From assembly GCF_009914755.1 (NCBI RefSeq), contig NC_060935.1: 64,000 nucleotides of DNA; one strand, given 5' to 3'. The DNA comes from the human T2T-CHM13v2.0 reference genome, Homo sapiens. The position numbers were made by a program, and so were the translations under genes. Below, piece by piece: positions 33,906-51,432 of the stretch. How positions within the stretch are numbered: position 1 is the first letter of the stretch; every line of letters starts with the position of its first letter. The notes below the pieces were generated by a model. It was not told the origin of the DNA and did no database searches. It worked only from the letters and a program-made list of their open reading frames with translations.

Positions 33906-34355
33906 CATGTGGTAGAAGTGACCAGTGTTCTCAAGCCTGTATGCCTGTCTGGCTGGGCCCTGATTATTTCTCCAGGGGTTAGGCTTTACCTCTTATGTTC
34001 CCAGGCACAAGCTGGGGTCCTCCCAAACTGGGCAGACCATGTGCTCGATTTCAGGACCCGTATTACCTAGAGATTTTGTTCTTAGGTAATAAGCCCAAGT
34101 TTGCTTCTCTTCTTTGAAGATGGTCATTTAGAGTGCTGGCTACTTCACTTGGCGCAAGCCCAACAGCCAGCTTAGCTGTCCTAGTTTCAGAAACCAACTA
34201 ATTTTTTTTCTTTTCCATTCCTAGGAGTCTACTGCTAAGATTTCAGCATGTCCTGTGGCTGAGTTAATCAGAGTTATGACAGGAAGGTACCGGGCACACC
34301 ATCGCAATGCTCCATCAATGCTAGTATGTTGTGTTCTTTCCTTCATATCAAGTCA

Positions 34356-34562
<207 letters not shown>

Positions 34563-35268
34563 CTAGGGCATAAGCAGGATGGATTGTCATTAATTTTAGT
34601 TCTGAAAAAGGCCTATTACTAAGATAAAAGCACTTCCTTCTGATGATAGCTAATTCACAAATTTACCTGGACAGCAAATTTGTTCACTAACCATTCCAGG
34701 ATGGCCAATAAAATTAATTTTGTAAACTTGCCAGTAAAAACTAAAGCTCAAATTCATTTTGGCTACAAGTTTACTTTCAGGGAATTGAGACTTTAATCCT
34801 TAACTGGCCAGTTTGCTGACAGCAACCTTTTCCTAAGTTAATCAGAGGCCAGAGGATCAGTTAAAATCAATTCTACTTTTTGGCAGATGCAGATTAATGT
34901 CTTAATGTAGTCTGAACTCACACTTTTCACTCTGGAGTGAGTTAAGGCGGGGCTTATAGAGAGCCAGGGGATGGACTGACAAAACCCAGGAAGGATGGTC
35001 CACGCCTCACACTGCTGGTCAAGGGCTCCATCCGCAAGCCTGCATGGTACATCTGTGGATGGGAGAGCTTGATGCCCGGAGCCAGAGCTCCAGGCTGCGT
35101 AGGGGCTAAGAGCTCATGGTACGGAGTTTTCTGATGGATACCAGGTGCTGTTTAACACAGGACTTTCTCTGTCCATAAACACATTAGTCATTATACAAAA
35201 GAGTCATCTGAAGAATTTAAAAATGACCAAATGGAAATATAAATATAAAATATCAAAAAATATGTCTA

Positions 35269-35379
<111 letters not shown>

Positions 35380-35561
35380 CTAAGAGACAGGAAGGAGAAC
35401 ACAATTAGACCAAGCGCTTTCTGAATGCAGAAGTCAGAGAGAGTTGCTTTCAACCCTGGATAATCAAACGACTTAGGGATAAAGCGCTTGCACAAAAGAA
35501 CCACATAATGTTTTAAATACCTAAAGTTCTTTCAAATCAAGATTAAACAATGACACTTTTG

Positions 35562-35692
35562 TCTGGATGCAATGACTCATGCCCATAATCCCAGCACTTT
35601 GGGAGGCCGAGCCGGGCAGGTCATTTGAGGTTCGGAGTTCGAGACCAGCCTGGGCAACATAGTAAGACCCCATCTCAATGAAAACAACAACA
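35562..35692 (+). mobile_element. Alu monomer (FLAM-like)
   Basis: Left arm only. Confidence 0.85.
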
Positions 35693-35898
35693 AAATGACA
35701 CTTCAAAAAAGTAGACACATTTTAAAACAATACATTCTAGTAATACATAATGAAATAAAATTACCTTACATGATTCCCCCAAAAGTAGGTGAGCTATAAT
35801 TCCATAGAGTACAAAAAACAGAGATTCTATGTGGACTTCCCAACAAAAGACGGAAATTCAGATGAATTTTATTGGATTTAAAATTTGTTTTTCCATGA

Positions 35899-36222
<324 letters not shown>

Positions 36223-36349
36223 TATTTCAGGTATTCTTAATTTTTTGGGAATTAGATAGTGGTGATAGTTACACAATGTTGTGGACATACCAAAAAGCGT
36301 TGAGTTGTGCACCTTTATCATAAGGATAAATTTTATGGTAAGTGAATTA

Positions 36350-36739
<390 letters not shown>

Positions 36740-37058
36740 TTAAAGCCACATCAATTGGCTCAAAGTCCTTAATAAACAATTAAGGTATGAGAATAGTATA
36801 TAGATTTTAAAACCAGATGTATAACATTGTAATTTTAAAAAATATTTTAATGATCATCAGACATAATTTGCAATTTGAATCCAACTCTGAACAAGAACAA
36901 AAATGAAAAAACCCATCTCTTAAACAGAGCTAGGCTACTTTAAACACAGGAATAAGGCAAATGCCCTACTCAGTAATGAGAAGCTCCTCATGTAACTGTT
37001 TCTACAACATAGCTATCACCAGGCCTGAATTCTTTTGGGCTCAGAATTTGTTCTAAGA

Positions 37059-37730
37059 AATGGCTATTATTAAAAAGTCAAAAAATAACAGATGCTGGCG
37101 AGCCTGTGGAGAAAAGGGAATGTATATACATTTCTGGTGGGAATGTAAATTAGTTCAGCCATTGTAGAAAGTAGTTTGGTGATTTCTCAAATAACTTAAA
37201 ACAGAATTACCATTTGACCTAGCAATCCCATTACTGAGTATATACCCAAAGGAATATAAATTGTTCTACCATAAAGTCACATGCACACACATGTTCAGTG
37301 CTGTACTATTCACAATAGCAAAGACATGGAGTCAACCTATATGCCCATCAACGGTAGACTGGATAAAGAAAATATGGTACATATACACCATGGAATACTA
37401 CACAGCCATAAAAAGAATGAGCTTATGTCCTTTGCAGTAACACAGCTGAAGCAAACTAACACAGGAATGGAAAACCAAATACTGCATATTCTCACTTATA
37501 AGTGGGAGCTAAACATTGAGTACACATGGACACAAAGAAAGGAATAGACGCCTGGGGCGTATTTGAGGTTGGAGGTGAGAGGAGGGTGAGGATAGAAAAA
37601 CTACCTATCAGGTACTATGCTTATTACCTGGGTGATGAAATAATCTGTACACCAAACTCCCAAGATATGCAATGTACCTATACAACAAACCTACATATGT
37701 ACCCCTGAACACAAAATAAAAGTTAAAAAA
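37059..37730 (+). mobile_element. 5'-truncated L1P (old L1PA/L1PB) 3' end
   Basis: ORF2 C-terminal remnant and 3'UTR, AATAAA at 37715; 16-bp TSD agaatttgttctaaga / agaatttgctttaaga. Confidence 0.93.
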
Positions 37731-38209
37731 AGAATTTGCTTTAAGAGTTAACTTTTAAGATGTCAATATCCCAAGTGGGCAATTATTTTCCACTGTCTTT
37801 AGTCCCTATCTTTTGGTACAGGTCCACTTTCTAGCAAAGAGTAGAGCACAGAATGTATCAGAAACATGGATAGATAAGTTGGGTGGAGGGGTCCGTTTGG
37901 AGCTGGGGCTCATAGCCTGGGGACAGAAGGGAGTATCGACCAGTTCCTTCCACGGGTATGCAAAGCACCCTAAATTGCCTTAATAATAATGAACACAGCA
38001 TGATACATTTATAGCCAAATATTTATGTGGCGGCATTTCTCTTTGGTTTAAGTATCTTGAGAACAGTCACAGCCCTGAGTACTGACATCATTTCCTTTTT
38101 TTTTTTTTGCCTTTTAGTCCAATGTGCTGTGGGAAACAAGAGGCAGGATGCTTGGAGGTAGATGGAGGCAGGGGACTGGGAATTTCTGCAAGGTGATAAC
38201 AAATAATGG

Positions 38210-38312
38210 GGGCCAGGCGTGGCAGCTCATGCCTGTAATCACAGCTCTTTGGGAGGTCAAGGTGGGAGGATTACTTGAGGCCAGGAGTTCAAGACCAGCC
38301 TGGGCAATATAA
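38210..38312 (+). mobile_element. Alu monomer fragment
   Basis: Left arm. Confidence 0.85.
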
Positions 38313-38755
38313 GAAATAAAGGGGCTTAAAGACAAGGCCCTTTAATTTCTCAATAAAAGTTCAATTAAGAATATCCCAAAGTTGACTGAACTGAAAGATG
38401 ATAGACACTGTGTTTTTTTTTCAAGCCTTAGGTAGGCTTGGGGGCATCCAGTGTGCCTTTGGTGGGTAGTGTGGGGTGGATCTAAAATCTAGAGACCTGG
38501 GATAGGCAGACAAATGAAAGGTGAGAGCTCTTGGGAGTCATGCAGAAGTTGCCCTCTGCCCTGGATCCTTACTGTATTGACAACAGAGCAGGAGCCCTGT
38601 AAATACATGCTGATTAAATTTACATCAAAGATTTCCATCTAAAAATAATTTTCTCCTTAGTGTCCTATAGATACCAAACTTTTAAATACACAGAGATAAA
38701 AACCCAGCGATCAAGACTTCTACTCCCTCACCTCCTATACCAGATGATTTCCTTA

Positions 38756-39211
<456 letters not shown>

Positions 39212-39630
39212 TCAAGAAAGTCAATCTTGTACGGCAATGTGTCAGTGTTGGTGGGAAGAGCCATTCAGTACAAGCTAGTGGTTTGCCCAGAATGGCAAAT
39301 CTAGTCCTTACTAGAGGTAGATTACTTAGCCTAAGAATGCGTTCATTCTGAGAACTGGAAGAGCCTACTGGTAGACTGGAACTTGATGGAGCTCATAATA
39401 CCAAATATAAGTCAATTATAAGGCCATGAACCTGGAAGTTTAAAGAGAAACTAATGATACATGGACAGTATGATTACTCCAACAGTGTAAACTAAGTCTT
39501 CCCAAGATGTATATGGTAAGGGATAGGTAACACACTGTTGGAGTTCCAGACTGTACGTGTATTAAAGTTTGTAGATATGCACATATTTGTTTCTTATTAT
39601 GCAAGTAAAACATATTCATAATAAAAATGA

Positions 39631-40003
<373 letters not shown>

Positions 40004-40005
40004 TA

Positions 40006-40329
<324 letters not shown>

Positions 40330-41534
40330 TTACATAAAAAAACCACGAAAGGCTTTGTTCATTTCTATCTTTGGGATAATATTTTTTCACTTAATATATG
40401 TATCAACCTATATTTATTTGAGTACTTTCTCATTTACATCTTTAATCCTTATGGAATTTATTTTGTGTGTGGTATGAGTGTTGCATTTGCAATTAAAGAA
40501 TGCTATACTGATGGCCTACTGGTATATTTCATTTTAATAACCTGGTTGCCTAGCTCTGAAGAAGATTTAAAAGTCCTCTAACTTTTCATGCCAAAGAATG
40601 AATTAATTTTCTCAAAATGTTTCCACTTTCTTTTCATTGTGCCCAAATTACTCTATTGGACCATCTGCTTTTCTAAGATTAAAACTGCTTTCTGGAGATT
40701 GGTTGCACAGCAACATAAATGTACTTAATAATACTGAGTCATACACTTAGAAATGGTTAAGATGGTAAATCTTGTTATGTGTATTTTATAATTTTTCCTT
40801 TGTCTTAATAATTCTATTTTTAAGGAAGCTATTCTAAGGAAATAATCTAATAGGAAAAAACCCCCAGGGAATGGTATCTCAATTAAAAAAAATAACAAAA
40901 TAACTTATTTGCTTGGAATTGTGACTGTAATTTTATATACAGATGATAAAGAAACCTAAACATCCAACAACATGGGATGAATAGTGACTAAAATAGTTAT
41001 GAAGACTATATGACATGGAAACATAATGTTAAGGCTTCAGATAAATAACCTAGCGATATACATGAGTTCCTTTCTATTATTTTTAAAAACTTATAATAGA
41101 CAAAACATAGTTTACTTTTCAGGAAAGGCAGATTCCTATTTCCCAACTATACATGAGCTAGGTATGCTTATCTTATAAACCAGGAGTTACTAACCAAAGT
41201 ATTGAGACACTCCATTAGGTTGTAAGGAATTTGTTCCTAATAATAAAGTATTAAAGTATGTGAATTTACCTAGGTAAAGGCCAAATTCAAGATTATTTTC
41301 AGAATAAGTCACTGTAATTTATTGGCTTTCATGTTTCTTTGTTGGGAGAAAAAGGTATGGAATTGTAACTGGATGGCATTGTGCAAGCTAGAATGTGGCA
41401 CATATCAGACAGATACAGAGCCATATTCTACATACAAAATTGAATAAAAGATAAAACCTGAATGGAATATATAGAATAGCTGACAACTATTGTGCCAGAA
41501 TGGTGGGATTACATTTTTAAAAATAATAATACTT

Positions 41535-41842
<308 letters not shown>

Positions 41843-43173
41843 ATATAATAATAATATTTTATTGAGGAAGGGCAGACAGAAAGAAAAAGAGGGCAGGAGG
41901 AAGAGAGGGAAGGAAAAAGGCAGCATCCCAACTCTTTCTTACTCAAATACGTATGATCACATAGCTAATCTGAGAAATTATGTGCAAAGAGAATGGCAGA
42001 GGGGAGTATTAAGGAGCTAAACCTCGGAGAGTGATTCGGATCACGAGTAAGTGTTGTGCTGAAGCATGGAAAGTCTGTGCTCTGGAAAAGACACTGGCAC
42101 CAGCAACCCTGGATTGCTGTAGAAAAGGGTTCTATTTTTTGGATATAAAATTATCTACTGTATCAGAAGACACATATGCAGATTTAAAACTTGAGCATTA
42201 CCCAGCAGTTTTATGCCCTCTACCCTAAAGGTTAGTGACTAAGTGGTTGCAGCAGTCCAGGCAGTGGGAGAAGAGCTAGCAAAGCCACTAGCCTGCTCCA
42301 GAAGAGATGACTCAGTTACTGGCATCTTAAGGGCCAAGCATGTGGGATCTTGCTAATGGCACCCTGCTCACAGTTTCTGCTCCACGGTTCAGCCAGAGGT
42401 CTGTCTAGGTTGTCCAGTGCCAACTGGAGCACTGGATTAAACGTTGAGATTTCTGAGTTAACAGATAACTTTCATGTCCTATATACCTACTGGTAGTAAT
42501 GAAATTTATTTTGTAATGTGTGACTTGCAAAACATTAAATTCAAGGAATTGTTGTTGCTTTTGGAGGAAAAGACCATCTTTACAATTTATGGGCCCTCAG
42601 CATGGTGAAGCTCTTTAGCGCAACAATTTAACAGTAAGAATAAAGTTGATTAGCATCTAGTATTTTGAATTTTCTGACACATCTTAGGACATGTGTCTCT
42701 TTCTATATAGCTTTGCGAAGTTTTAACAAGTGTTACTCAGAAAACCTAGACTTGGCCTTGCCTTGCCTCCATACATGGTACCACAGTCTTCCTCTCTCCA
42801 TTCTTCTATGTTTCTGTAGCCTGCTTTAGGTTTACCATAACAAAACTATCTGTTTTGCCATGGGCAGATTCCTGTGGAAACTGAATCAAGGCTGTTGAAA
42901 ACACAGCCTGATGAAGCCTTATTCCTTTTTTTTGTATGTATGTACGCTTCCTGATGTTTATGTTGATTTTTTACTATTATGAATAAATATTTATTTTCAT
43001 GGCTAATAAATATGCATATGTATATACATGTATTGATATAAAAATTAATATATATAAATAAATGCAAAAGGAGAGCTAAATTTTTTGAGATTATTAACTC
43101 CAGGTTAAGAATCATGCTGTAAAAAAAATTCTAGCAAAGCTGGTTTGTGATACAGGTTTTATCAACAGCCCTA

Positions 43174-43434
<261 letters not shown>

Positions 43435-43997
43435 CTAATGTGGGAATGCCACTAACTAAGGAAAAAGGTGCATGCTCTGGAGCTACAGTTTTAGAGGTCA
43501 TAGCAAGCTGATTAATCTAAAAACCGTAAGTCATATGGTCATTTGCTACTTCTGTAACATAAACATTATCCAATATAGCATTTCAAAATCACACAATCTT
43601 AGCCTCAGAATGACCTAGCAAATCCCCCAAATCAATCCTATTTTATATTTTGATGTAAATTCAGGATTTAAAAGTAAATACTAAGATCTTAAGCAGAAAC
43701 AGTACATTGATACTGAAAACAAAACATGCTGGCAGGAGGTACTAATAAAGTCTAGGAAGGCAAATGCTGAGTTATGCAATTTCTCAGGGCTTCATGAAAA
43801 AAGTAAGGAACATTCTTCTGCTTATTTGGTCAATTTAACATGACATTTAAAGATATGAAATAGAAACTTCATAAGTCTACTAAAATCTGAAGCTGGATTT
43901 GGAATTAATATTTGTATATCATGCCAAAACGATGTAATTCTAAACAAGATTATATTATATTTTTCAGTATCCATGAAGAATGAGAATTATAAGTTTA

Positions 43998-44118
43998 GTA
44001 ATGGGCACAGTGCCTCATGCCTGTAATACTAGCACTTTGGGAGGCCAAGGTGGGCAGATCGCTTGAGCCCAGGAGTTTGAAACCAGCCTGGGCAACATGG
44101 TGAAACCCCGTCTCTACC

Positions 44119-44149
<31 letters not shown>

Positions 44150-44290
44150 AAGACACCTGTATTGGGAGGCTGAAATGGGAGGATCACTTGACCGCTGGAG
44201 GTGGAGGTTGCAGTGAGCCAAGATAGCGCCACTGCGCTACATACTGGGCAACAGAGTAAGACACTGTCTCTAAAATAAAATAAAATAAAT
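43998..44290 (+). mobile_element. Alu (J-like) with internal deletion
   Basis: Alu consensus. Confidence 0.9.
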
Positions 44291-44319
44291 GAATAAAATG
44301 TACAGTCAGAAGCCTATAT

Positions 44320-44652
<333 letters not shown>

Positions 44653-45107
44653 TAAAATGCTAGCAGAGTCTCAATGAGATAAGCTGACCTTAGTTATATT
44701 AATTAGAAAAATCAAGGATTTCTATATGCAAGTGAGACTATTAAATATCAAACATCCAGACACAAAGGCATGTACTAATTCTCAAATTTGACTAGCACTG
44801 TATCACCTTCAAATCAAGAGGCCCTCATAAATGCCTGTAGAACTGTGGTGTTTATCTCATTGATGGGGTCACAGGGATACAGGACTTTCCTACTGCCTCC
44901 CTCAAGTGGGTTTTCTTCTTTAGATCTAGAAAGCCTGTTTGAGAAGCTTTAGTCTTTTCCTAGTATTAAAGTCATGTTTCTAGGTGACCAGAAGTCACCA
45001 TGATGTCACATCTGCTTCTCTTTCTCTTTATAAGCATTTACGGGGTCAGGAGACCAGTTCCCAAGAAAAGTTTTTATTGGTCATTTCAGCTTCACATGCA
45101 CGAATCT

Positions 45108-45493
<386 letters not shown>

Positions 45494-45603
45494 TGAGAAT
45501 AAAGGATATAATTTTACAAATGCAAAAAAATTACTTGTAACATATGTAGTTTCACATGAAGATGGTTTAAAAGAGTGATATATCAGGACACATAATACAG
45601 TAC

Positions 45604-45678
45604 CTTGATTATGGACTCTTCCCTTAGCTGAAGATTTGGGATTTGACTGAGTAAAACATTTATCTCTGTACCCATGCA
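45604..45678 (-). CDS. SBF2: Alternative in-frame cassette exon (75 nt): (V)HGYRDKCFTQSNPKSSAKGRVHNQ
   Basis: Pyrimidine tract ttctctttctgtctttaatcttacctaccag; donor AAG|gtactg; symmetric phase 1-1; matches the start of ORF 45482..45679. Confidence 0.7.
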
Positions 45679-47149
45679 CTGGTAGGTAAGATTAAAGACA
45701 GAAAGAGAAATAAAATGTATATAGCAGCAAATGTCAGAGCAGATTGAGTAAGAGAAGAATAGGCTATTTAATTTTTAAAATTAGCAGGGGAAAAATGTAA
45801 ATATAATAAAAGTAGAAGATTTAATTAACAAACAAAAAGCTGCACAGTCACAAAAAAAAGATGTATTGAGTACCTGTTAAATGAAATTTCAGCACCTGTT
45901 TATAAATACTATAAGCACAATGAAATGGACAGCACACAGCAGAAGGTGCCACTAAAAAATTATACCAAATGGAAGAAGCTTTTGAAGATTGTCATTCAGT
46001 CAGAAACAAATTTTTATAATAAAATTAAGGAATTTGGGGTGTGTATGGGTGAATGTTAGGAATACATTGGTCCTCATATTGAAGGAGAATGGCGAATGCT
46101 GCATGTTGTACAACACGTTTGTTCTTTGAGCAAGGTCATCACACCAGGAAACAATGAAGCTCTAGCAACCATTTGGAATAACTAAGGGCATGTTTTTGCA
46201 GTAGAGCATTAAGCATTGCCACGCTATCTTCCTTCTTCTCTTTTCATTTGGAAATTATATTTATTTTCCATAATTAGTTACGAGCAGCAAAAATTCATAA
46301 TCCTGTGACAATACCCAATATCACTAATAATACAGCTTGTGATGACTGAAGTAATGACTTCTCTTAAAATCCCTACTTGCACCAAAATGACAGGCAGTAT
46401 TAGAGATAATAGTTTTGTAATTTGAGTAATATATTTTTTTCCAACAGAAAGGGGTTTATGATGATGGCAAACCAAAAATTGTGAGCAGTTTTAGCACTTT
46501 CCAAGCAAACAAATTGCTCAAGTCAATTAGAAGAAATGATTTTATATTTATTCAGGATTACAATCTTTAATAGTAGTATTAAGTTATAAAATGCAAAAGT
46601 GTATAACATATGACATAACAAAAATCATTACAAGTGAGTTTTCACTCCCACTTCACTCCTTTGGAAGCAGAAAATGAAGGGCACTGATGGCTCTGGTGGC
46701 CAAAGGAAGCCAGAAAGTAAGGGCTGCAGAGGTGCTGGCTGATGACAGACAGAGAATGTGACTGCAAGATGGAACGAAGGCTTGGGACATGGCCAAGGCA
46801 CACTGTGTGGCCTCCTCTGTGTTGGCTGACTGCTCTCCTTTCTGCCAAAATTTTGAACTTTCCTATTGAATATGGGACACTAAGATGATGACAGTGATGC
46901 TTGAGTAGTTCCTGATTCTGAGATACTGTTCCCTTAACACATCACACTTTCTTATGCTAGTCTTACTGCCTGGAATGATTTCCCCCATTTCCTTACCTGA
47001 CACATTCCTACTTAACCCTTAAGATCCAGATACAATATTAGCACCTCTTAAAGGCATTCCTGACTGCTCCCAAGCTGAGGAGCTCTATTTGAACTTTGAT
47101 CACATTGTGTCGATTATCTGTATATTCTTTCACTCTACAAGATTGTGTG

Positions 47150-47536
47150 TGTGAAAGGAAAATAAAAACTCAGGACTCCAGTTCACTACGTCAAAAGGAA
47201 AAAATTAGGCTGAAAGGTGAGACATAACAAGACGCTGCTTTTCCTTTTGTTCCTAAACAAACAACTACAGTTAAAAGGTTAAACTTATCCACAGGTAGCT
47301 ACTGGTATGTTCACTTTATCTTACAGATGAATACATAATTGACTATTCCCCTACCTGCTCCTTTTTTCTTGCAACATGTGGATTACTATACCCTCCCTCT
47401 TTCTCGTTTAAATATTAAAGCCCTCAAAATCATTGTTGGAGAAAGGCACAGACCTTTCTCCAGGGCGAGTCCTTAACCTTGGCAAAATAAACTTCTGAAT
47501 TTATTGAGACCTGTCTCAGGTACTTTTTGGTTTACA
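47150..47536 (+). mobile_element. Short MER4-family solo LTR inserted in an L2 remnant
   Basis: TGTGAAAGGAAAATAAA start, ...GGTTTACA end, 4-bp TSD TGTG; its end is the reverse complement of the start of the LTR at 3131. Confidence 0.85.
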
Positions 47537-48618
47537 TGTGCTTGTGAGGGCAGGCACCTAATCATGTTTATTCTCGTATCCATGCTGAGAGCCTGAAATA
47601 CAGGCACTCAAAGAATTTGTTGATTATTTACTTTTTGCAAACCAATACATTGTGAGCTGTTCTGACTCATTATTGTATCTTCAACCCAATTATTTGCACT
47701 GAAAGAGTGAAAAGGGGGTATTAAACAAAAAATATTAAGGACTCCCCCAAACAGAGGCTCATCAATGAAAAACTGCCAAGTTTTGGCCAATTAGTAGAAA
47801 ATCCGCAATGATAAAATGGCCAGTACTGATATGGGGCCAGCAGGGAGCTTTGAGAATTCTAATCCCATCTGGAAGTCATTTTAACCAAAGGAATTAGACT
47901 ACCGCATTGGTTGTTGGTGGTGAGGTCTACTTAGATTTCCTGAATGATTTCTAGATGTCCTGGGCACTTAACACCAGCAAAACGTCTCAAGCTGTGTTTT
48001 TCCAAGCTGCAGGATCCTCCTTAGTGGCTTGGGAAATCACTCTAATAGGTCAAATCAGTATTTTTTTCAAAATTAAACATTACAGTTGAAAATACTAATG
48101 AGCACTGCATGTGGTACGGATGAATATTGTTTCACAGAACTTTTGTTTTAGTGTATACATTATACATTTTGCATGTGCCTTAGTACTACCTGAATTGTGA
48201 TATAAAATGAATGGGTATATATACATATAAATATAAAATACATTTCTTACTGCGAGTCATGATCAAACAAGTTTGAAAGTCACTGGCTAAACCTAGGGCA
48301 TATGCCTTCTATCTCTTGCCTTAGATCAGTAAGGCTCAAAGCAATTTAAATGCAAATGTCGACTTTCTTCCCATTTCAGCAGAGTATTAGGCAATGGCAA
48401 TGATAACAATAACTATAATAATAATGACAACTAACATCTATTAAAATGCTACTATGGGCTAGTTACTAAGTTAAATGTTTTACATATACTATTTAATTTA
48501 TTCCTCATAACTACCTTAAAAGTCTATATTATTTTTTAAAGATGAAGACACTGAGAATTAAGAGGTTTCCTAATTTGCTTAATCACACAGTAAGTAGTGG
48601 GACTATGGTTTGAATTAG

Positions 48619-48934
<316 letters not shown>

Positions 48935-50652
48935 ACTAAACTCTTAATGTATTGTTTCCTGAGGAACCATGTGACCTTGGACCCAATCAGTAAGAACCGG
49001 CTAAGGGGACTGCTTCAGGGAAGATATGACACAGTTCATTTTCCCCATAGGAATGCGTTACTGTTCAGAGAACTAGTGTTTCCTAAGCACTGGTGTTATT
49101 TCCTCTACTCTGTTCTGACGAAAGGGGAGAGGGAAAAGAGATGCTTAGGTCACATGTGGGGCCTTATTGATCACTGTGATCTTATACCTGGCCCAGTGCA
49201 TGAGACACTAGATGTATTCAGTAAATATATCTGCGACTGATACGATGCAACACTGAACTAATTCTAGTCCCAGTTATACTAATATTTGCTATGCAGCCTT
49301 GGCCAAGTCACTTAATCTCCCTGGGCCTCTTTAAATACATATCCTGGAGGTTATTTCAAGAATAAAATAATACATGGAGAAAAACTTAAAATGTAAAGGA
49401 TGAAAAATTAAAAAGCTGCCTCCAAGTGGCTACTTCTCAAATATACCCAGCTATTATATTTTGGTATTTGAGAGGCAGTACTAATTTTCTCAAGGCATTT
49501 TTCTACTCAACAAAGAAATTTATCCAAGTTGTAAGTATATGTGTTTCCCCATTGGGCTTAAATGCTACTTTAATTTTAAATGAAAAACAATGTGATCTAT
49601 TCACTTCTTGCTTTTAAAATGATTCTTAGGTAAAAAAGGATGCAGCCCTTGTATTAGGAACTCACCAACATGCATGCTGAATGCAAAGTGATCACCCTGA
49701 CTGAAAAAGAGGTGAAGGTCAATTTTAACCCTGGCTCATCAGACCAGGAGAGACACACAGTGGAAATAACATAAGAAAACTTGGAACTAAGACTGTACGA
49801 CAATGAAAAGAATGAAAAAAATTGTGAAAATAGGGGAGCAAAAAGAAAAAGGCTAGGAAGAAGAACTAGGGGTTAGGGTAAAAAAAAAAAAAAAGAAGAA
49901 GAAGAATTAAATGATAGGAGGCTCCTCTCACAGTGGTATCTAACTCTGGAAGAATGAAGAGACTCTGTACTGTGAGTCGGTACAAGGAAATGAATTACTT
50001 GCAAGGCATGGGCATGTTTATACCTAGTCTTGCCCTGGCCAGTCTAAATGTGTGTCTGCCTGGTATGTTCACATAACAGAGAATCTTTTGAGACCCTTAA
50101 CTTGCTTGCCTCAGTTCATTCGTCCTACTTTGAGAAGGAATGACACTATCAGAAGAAACACAGAAAGCAGCTCTAGAGATCACAGAGAATGTTGAAGGTG
50201 TCAGGAAACAGCAGTATCTCTTTGTCCAGTTTATCACTGGGACTTCACAAGGTTTTGGAGGCTTTAGGAGTGAAGAGTTAAGAGATGGAGTAAAAGAATG
50301 AGATTTGCGTTTCTGGATTTTAGCTTAAGATACCATAATGACAAGCACCTGGTTAGGAGTAAAAAACTGTCATAAGGAAACAAGCCAAATTCACAGTAAT
50401 TTTCAGCAGAAAGTATTTGAGAAGGGTGTCAGAAATAATATTTATAGCCTCAGATATGCACATAGTGGTCATAAGTTAAATAGGAGATTTTAATCTGAAA
50501 AGGTAAATACAGCCTTCTGGGTGCCTTTAGGATTAGCAAAGAATGGAGTCATAAGAATATAACCACTACTGGGAATTCCCTTGTATAAAAGAAGCCAAGA
50601 GTTGGAGGCCAGTGTTAAAAAAGAAGATAGTGTAGTTGAAAAAGATTGTTAA

Positions 50653-51033
<381 letters not shown>

Positions 51034-51432
51034 TTATATTATAGGCCACCTGGCCAAATGTTGGAATGGATAACATGGTGACGTGTACAATGGCAAAATA
51101 CAAGATGAGGTTGTGGGGTGGGAGGGTTTCAATTAACTAGACATCTGCTGAAAGTTGCACTGTCTAAAAGTTGAGTGGAAAAATTACTGACTTTCCTTGC
51201 TGACAATGTAAACTTTCATATGGTAAATAAAGCAGTAAGGGGAAATGCAATCTCGAACCAAATTCTGACAAGAGTGCTTAGCAACTGAAATACTAGGAAC
51301 CTTAGGAAAAAAATCACTGTACCATCTTTTAGTTCAAATTCACTGAGAAAGAAATGATGAGAAGAACGAAGCGTGTATCTTAAACTTTAAAATAATAGTA
51401 CTCTAAAAATTCAGAAAAATGATATATATGGC

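Noticed and set aside
34286-34292. Plus-strand donor AAG|gtaccg that would make a 62-nt antisense exon
   Set aside because: Weak downstream consensus; use cannot be decided from sequence alone, so no separate exon was called
37281-37708. ORFs resembling the L1 ORF2 C-terminal region
   Set aside because: 5'-truncated, frameshifted L1 remnant that cannot encode a functional protein
46991-47000. Strong minus-strand donor CAG|gtaagg in intron 28
   Set aside because: Lies in an L2-like remnant, with no convincing upstream acceptor or pyrimidine tract
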